NCBI GenBank assembly: GCA_963666115.2 | Contig: CAXXET010000006.1 | Span: 416,001-480,000, forward strand | Source of the DNA: Dehalococcoidia bacterium | Lineage (GTDB): Bacteria > Chloroflexota > Dehalococcoidia > UBA6926 | Direction of reading: 5' to 3' | DNA length: 64,000 nucleotides | Shown: one piece after another, positions 59,257 to 64,000 of the stretch | Layout: each line of letters opens with the position of its first letter | Numbering within the stretch: position 1 is the stretch's first letter | The notes under the pieces: generated by a model | Seen by the model: only the letters and a program-made list of their open reading frames with translations | Told to the model about the DNA's origin: nothing | Database searches by the model: none | Position numbers and translations under genes: made by a program

Positions 59257-60306
59257 TCAGTCGGAAACGGTCTTTCGTTGAGATTCCGTATCGTCATCGC
59301 GGTTCATGCCGGGGTGGGCGCGGGCGTAGGCCTGCGCCATCTGGGCCTGCGAGACGTGGGTGTAGATTTCCGTGGTGGCGACGGATGCGTGGCCGAGCAT
59401 CTCCTGCACGAGCCGCAGGTCTGCGCCGCCATCCAGCATATGCGTTGCGAATGAGTGGCGGAGGGTGTGCGGGTGGACATCCTCCGGCAGGTTCTCCGAG
59501 CGAGCCCACTTCTTGAGAGAAAGCTCGATGCCGCGCGTGGTCAGGCGTCCGCCGCGGCTGTTGAGGAAGACCGCGGCGCGCGTCCTGATGCCGCGGGCGA
59601 GCAACGGGCGGGCATCGTTGAGATACATCGTGAGGGCCTGCCGGCAGGGTTCTCCGAAGAGCGTCTCACGCTGCTTGGAGCGCTTGCCCCAAACGCGGGC
59701 GACGCGATTGCGGAGATCAAGCCCCGCCATGTCCAGCGAGGCGATTTCCGCGACACGCAGGCCGGCTCCGTAGGCGAGTTCCAGGACGGCATGGTCGCGC
59801 AGGGCGAGGGCGCGTTGGATGGCTGTTTTGACGTCTGCCGATGCAGGATCAATGCTCTCCGCGAATTGGAGAGGGGCATGGACGAGTCGCTCGGCGTCGC
59901 GTTCGGAGAGAAGGTCGGGCAGGCGGCGTCCGATCTTGGGCGAGGGAGTCTTGGTGATGGTCTCCGGGTTTTCGATGACGCCCTCGCGCGCGAGGAATCG
60001 CCAGAAGGAGCGGAGGGCGGAGAGGCGGCGAGAGATGGAGGAGCGGGCGGAGCCGTCCATCGTGAGGTCATAGACCCATCGCTGGGCAAGGTCGCGGGTG
60101 GCGTCCGGCAGCCGTTTGACGCCCTCCCCGGCCAGGAACTGGAGAAAGAGGCCAACGTCGGCCATGTAGTTGCGGAGGGTGTATTGGGATGCGCCGCGTT
60201 CGTATTCAAGGAACGCGGCAAAATCGTCAAGACGAATCGCCCAATCCTGGGGGATCGGGGAGTCGGGTGCGGGTTGGTCCGGGGCAGCCGCCTGCCTAAG
60301 TGCCAT
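59257..60306 (-). CDS. xerC: Tyrosine recombinase XerC/D
   Basis: GLRVAE, HPHTLRHSFATHML, QEMLGH, TTEIYTH; follows topA. Confidence 0.9.
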   Translation of the reverse strand: MALRQAAAPDQPAPDSPIPQDWAIRLDDFAAFLEYERGASQYTLRNYMADVGLFLQFLAGEGVKRLPDATRDLAQRWVYDLTMDGSARSSISRRLSALRSFWRFLAREGVIENPETITKTPSPKIGRRLPDLLSERDAERLVHAPLQFAESIDPASADVKTAIQRALALRDHAVLELAYGAGLRVAEIASLDMAGLDLRNRVARVWGKRSKQRETLFGEPCRQALTMYLNDARPLLARGIRTRAAVFLNSRGGRLTTRGIELSLKKWARSENLPEDVHPHTLRHSFATHMLDGGADLRLVQEMLGHASVATTEIYTHVSQAQMAQAYARAHPGMNRDDDTESQRKTVSD

Positions 60307-60344
60307 ACCCCTATTTTAGACCAGGTTCAAAAGAGGGGGTGGTT

Positions 60345-62669
60345 CTAGACTTCTACTAGTTGGGGTTCCGGTTGGGGTTGTTCTGCGGTGAGTTCTTCGC
60401 GCGTGCCTTGCCAGCCGCATCCCTCCTTGTCATTGCAGACCGCGTTGGTTCGGCTTGCGGCCAGTACGAGTCCGCCGCAGTCCGGGCAGGGCTGCTGGAG
60501 CGGCTCCTGGTTGGTGAGGAAGTTGCAGTTGGGGTAGTTGGAGCAGCCGTAGAAGGGCCGGCGCGACTTGCGGGATGACCGCTGGACGAGTTCGCCGCCG
60601 CATTCCGGGCACGTCGCCCCGGTGCTCTTCTGCATCCGCTTCATGCCGCGGCACTCAGGGAACCGGGAGCAGGACAGGAACGGGCCGTAGCGTCCGCGCT
60701 TGATGACCATGTTCGCGCCGCACTCCGGGCACTCCTCATCCGTCTCCTCGTCGATGTTGCTGACGCGCTCGATGTTCGCCTGGGCGGTGTCGATCTTCTC
60801 ATTGAAGGGGCCGTAGAAATCCTTGAGGACGGGCACCCATTCCCGTTCGCCGCGCGCGACATCGTCAAGCTCCTCTTCAATGCGGGACGTGAAATCAAGG
60901 CTGACGATTTCAGGGAAATGCTGGGAGAGCAGCCCGGCCACGGCCGTGCCGAGCTTGAGGGGGCGGAACCGGTTTTCCGCCTTGTCGACGTAGCCGCGGT
61001 CCTGGATGGTGCTGAGGATGGCGGCGTAGGTGCTGGGGCGTCCGATGCCGCGCTCTTCCAGCGCCCTGATCAGGGTTGCCTCCGTAAAGCGGGGCGGGGG
61101 CTGGGTGAAACGCTGCGTCGGCACGACGGGGGGCGAACTCACCCGCGCATCCTGACCGTTCAGGCGAAGCGGCTGTCCATCCTGTAGATCGGGCAGCACG
61201 CGCCCCTCGTCGGATTCCGCGTCCGGCTCATCGAGGCCCTCGCGGTAGATTGCGAGATAGCCGGCAAAGGTCATGATGGACCCGCTGGCGCGGAGTGTAT
61301 GGCTGACGCCGGACGGCGCGCCGGAGGCCGTGATGTCCACCGTCGTCTGGTCGAATTTTGCGTCGGCCATCTGTGACGCCAGCGCGCGCTGCCAGATGAG
61401 CTGGTAGAGGTTGAACTGCTCGCGGCTCAGCGAACCCCGCAACGACTCCGGGTCGCGCATGAACGATGTGGGGCGGATGGCCTCATGGGCTTCCTGCGCG
61501 CCCTTGACGCGGCGCGAGAACGACCTGGGAGAGGCGGGCACGTGGTCCTTGCCGTAGCGATTGGCGATGACGCCCCTGGCCTCCTGCACGGCCTCGTTTG
61601 CCATGTTGGTGGAATCCGTTCGCATGTAGGTGATGAGGCCGATGGGGCCTTCGTTGCCGATGGGCAGGCCCTCATAGAGCTGCTGCGCGACGGTCATTGT
61701 GCGGCGGGCGGTGAACCGCAGCTTGCGGAACGCCTCCTGCTGGAGGGTGGACGTGATGAACGGGGGGCCGGGGCGGCGTGTTGTCTCGCGGCGCCGGACG
61801 GACGCAACCTCGTAGGAACTGTCATTCAGATCGGCGACAATCCTGTCCGCCATTTCCTGGTTCGGGATGGTGGTTGCGCGGCTTACGCCCAACTCCCCCC
61901 GGTATCGGGCAGAGAACTCTTCGGCCTCTACCGCCAGTGTTGCGAGATTCGCGTCGATTTCCCAGTACTCCTGCGGCACGAACGCTTCGATCTCAGCCTC
62001 GCGGTCGACGACAAGGCGGAGAGCGGCGGACTGCACGCGGCCTGCGGACAGCCCCTTGCGAACCTTGCTCCAGAGAACGGGGCTAAGCCGGTAGCCAACA
62101 AGGCGGTCGAGGACGCGCCGGGCCTGGTAAGCGTTGACAAGATCGACGTCGATGTCGCGGGGCTCGTCAAAGGCGCGGCGGACGGCGTTCTCTGTCACTT
62201 CATGGAAGACGACACGGCGCATCCGATCCTGGGGGATGCCGGCGGCCTCCATCAGATGCCATGAGATGGCCTCTCCCTCGCGGTCGGGGTCTGTTGCGAG
62301 ATAGACGGTGTCCGCTGCGTTCGCGGCGGCCTTGATGTCCTTGACGACGGCGGATTTGTCGCGGGGAACGACGTAGTCCGGGGCGAAATCGCGTTCGACG
62401 TCAATGGCCAGCTTGCTCTTGGGCAGGTCGCGGACGTGGCCCACGGAGGCAAGAACGTTGTAGCGGCTGCCCAGGATGCGAGAAAGCGTTCGGGCCTTGG
62501 CGGGCGACTCGACGATGACGACATCGCCGCCGGGGACGATGTTGGCGCTGGGCGCCCCGGTTGATCGTCGCGCCGTGGATGAACGCCCACCTGCGCGGCC
62601 ATTGCCGGCGGCAGTCGCCTTCTTCGTCCTGCGGGTCGTTGACGCCGGCTTCTTTCGATTCGTTGTCAT
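60345..62669 (-). CDS. topA: DNA topoisomerase I
   Basis: IVESPAKA, ATDPDREGE, SAGRVQS, ITYMRTDS, C-terminal zinc ribbons. Confidence 0.98.
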   Translation of the reverse strand: MTTNRKKPASTTRRTKKATAAGNGRAGGRSSTARRSTGAPSANIVPGGDVVIVESPAKARTLSRILGSRYNVLASVGHVRDLPKSKLAIDVERDFAPDYVVPRDKSAVVKDIKAAANAADTVYLATDPDREGEAISWHLMEAAGIPQDRMRRVVFHEVTENAVRRAFDEPRDIDVDLVNAYQARRVLDRLVGYRLSPVLWSKVRKGLSAGRVQSAALRLVVDREAEIEAFVPQEYWEIDANLATLAVEAEEFSARYRGELGVSRATTIPNQEMADRIVADLNDSSYEVASVRRRETTRRPGPPFITSTLQQEAFRKLRFTARRTMTVAQQLYEGLPIGNEGPIGLITYMRTDSTNMANEAVQEARGVIANRYGKDHVPASPRSFSRRVKGAQEAHEAIRPTSFMRDPESLRGSLSREQFNLYQLIWQRALASQMADAKFDQTTVDITASGAPSGVSHTLRASGSIMTFAGYLAIYREGLDEPDAESDEGRVLPDLQDGQPLRLNGQDARVSSPPVVPTQRFTQPPPRFTEATLIRALEERGIGRPSTYAAILSTIQDRGYVDKAENRFRPLKLGTAVAGLLSQHFPEIVSLDFTSRIEEELDDVARGEREWVPVLKDFYGPFNEKIDTAQANIERVSNIDEETDEECPECGANMVIKRGRYGPFLSCSRFPECRGMKRMQKSTGATCPECGGELVQRSSRKSRRPFYGCSNYPNCNFLTNQEPLQQPCPDCGGLVLAASRTNAVCNDKEGCGWQGTREELTAEQPQPEPQLVEV

Positions 62670-62684
62670 TCCGTCATTGCCTCT

Positions 62685-63863
62685 TTAAGTGATCTGATTT
62701 TCGGCGGCCCTGGTTTCCGTCTCCTCTGCGCCATCGTTGTTGCCCCTGTGAGATTGGTATAGCGCATGAGCCTCTCGTGTCAAGACGTAGTGCATTCCGC
62801 CTACCTGCCGTACGAGATCGTTCAGTTCAAGCATTGTAAGGGTACTGGATACTTCCGGCATGGACATTCCGGACGCGCGGTAGATTTCGTCGATGTGGAC
62901 CGGGGACCGGCTGAGGACGCGGAGAACGGCGGCCTGTTCTTCGTCAACAGGCTCCGGCGTTGAGGGGAGGTTTAGCTGCCTGTTCTCCTGCGACATGCTC
63001 AGTTCCTGGAGGATGTCCTCCGCGTGGAGAGCCAGCTTGGCCTCGCCGCGCTGAATGAGTAAATTCGGCCCACGGCTTCTCTCCGCGAGCGCGCTTCCCG
63101 GCACGGCGAAGACTTCGCGATTCTGGTCGAGGGCCTGCCGTGCCGTGATCAATGCTCCGCTCTTCTCATTGCCCTCGACGACGAGCACCCCCAGGCTGAT
63201 GCCGCTCATGATGCGGTTGCGCCGCGGGAAATGCTCCGGCATGGGGGTGGTGCCGATTGGGTAATCGCTGATCAGCGCTCCGTTCTCCACGATCCGGCGC
63301 GATAGCCCAACGTTCCTGGACGGATAGATGATGTCGACTCCGCTGCCCAGCACGGCAATGGTGCGCGTCCCCGCCTTGAGAGCGGTATCGTGCGCCGTCG
63401 TATCGATGCCCCGCGCGAGGCCGCTGGCAATAGTCAGGCCGGCCGCCGCAAGGTCTCTGGTGAATTCACGCGTGACGGTGTGTCCATACGGAGTCGCGTC
63501 CCGCGTTCCCACGATGGCGAGTGAAAGCTCGTCATCGCCCTTGAGCGTTCCCTTCACGTAGATGACGGGAGGCATGTCATCGATCTGCCGCAGCCGCGAA
63601 GGATATTCCGCGTCATGCCACGTATAGGCAGTAACGTCGTGACGTTCCAGCCGTTCGAGTTCGTCCATGGGGTCGCCCTCGGCGCGCGCCGCGACGATTT
63701 CATCCACGACGCGCTCTCCAATGCCGGTGGCGAGGAGTTCCGCGTGGGATGCGCGCCAGGCGTGCTCCAGTTTTCCGAAGTGTGATTCGAGCGCCGCCAT
63801 TCGGACGCGGCCCACCCCGTTGACGCGCTGGAGCGCTATCCAATATGGGAGGTCGTCATTCAC
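62685..63863 (-). CDS. dprA: DNA-processing protein DprA
   Basis: AIVGTR, SGLARGID, FPRRNRIMSG, SGALITA, VFAVPG. Confidence 0.96.
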   Translation of the reverse strand: MNDDLPYWIALQRVNGVGRVRMAALESHFGKLEHAWRASHAELLATGIGERVVDEIVAARAEGDPMDELERLERHDVTAYTWHDAEYPSRLRQIDDMPPVIYVKGTLKGDDELSLAIVGTRDATPYGHTVTREFTRDLAAAGLTIASGLARGIDTTAHDTALKAGTRTIAVLGSGVDIIYPSRNVGLSRRIVENGALISDYPIGTTPMPEHFPRRNRIMSGISLGVLVVEGNEKSGALITARQALDQNREVFAVPGSALAERSRGPNLLIQRGEAKLALHAEDILQELSMSQENRQLNLPSTPEPVDEEQAAVLRVLSRSPVHIDEIYRASGMSMPEVSSTLTMLELNDLVRQVGGMHYVLTREAHALYQSHRGNNDGAEETETRAAENQIT

Positions 63864-63903
63864 ATTTCAACGCTAACGAGTTCAGCAGTAGCGGTCAAGA
63901 TAA

Positions 63904-63995
63904 TGGCGGAGAGAGCGGGATTCGAACCCGCGAGGGCCCGGTAAGACCCTACACGCTTTCCAGGCGTGCCTGTTCGGCCACTCCAGCACCTCTCC
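63904..63995 (-). tRNA. tRNA-Ser (GGA), CCA encoded
   Basis: GGAGAGG/TCTCTCC acceptor stem, CACGC-CTGGAAA-GCGTG, long variable arm, discriminator G. Confidence 0.96.
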
Positions 63996-64000
63996 GTCTT

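Noticed and set aside
59257-60306. Tyrosine recombinase as a prophage/ICE integrase near tRNA-Ser
   Set aside because: The dprA-topA-xerC context is housekeeping; no att duplication or cargo seen

Overview
High-GC bacterial chromosome segment, most consistent with Chloroflexota/Dehalococcoidia (inferred from gene content, not from a marker phylogeny). It is mostly core genes: the ilvBN-ilvC-leuACDB-cimA operon, the tuf-rpmG-secE-nusG-rplKAJL cluster, clpC, tig-clpP-clpX, aspS, a sigma70, efp, xerC-topA-dprA, larB/E/C, four tRNAs, and a small REP-bounded defence island (higBA, HEPN-like protein, MTase-REase). Several signals are missed by the ORF track. (1) A tyrosine module: a leaderless Tyr-rich leader-peptide attenuator precedes aroF, tRNA-Tyr(GTA), a TyrRS fused to an N-terminal B3/4 tRNA-editing domain, and pheA; tRNA-Tyr is absent from its usual place before tuf. 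(2) Two UGA-recoded selenoproteins (SelD and a peroxiredoxin), each with a SECIS-like hairpin. (3) A T-box leader with intact antiterminator and terminator but no specifier loop. (4) Eleven +1 single-base duplications across ilvB-leuC, most likely sequencing error.
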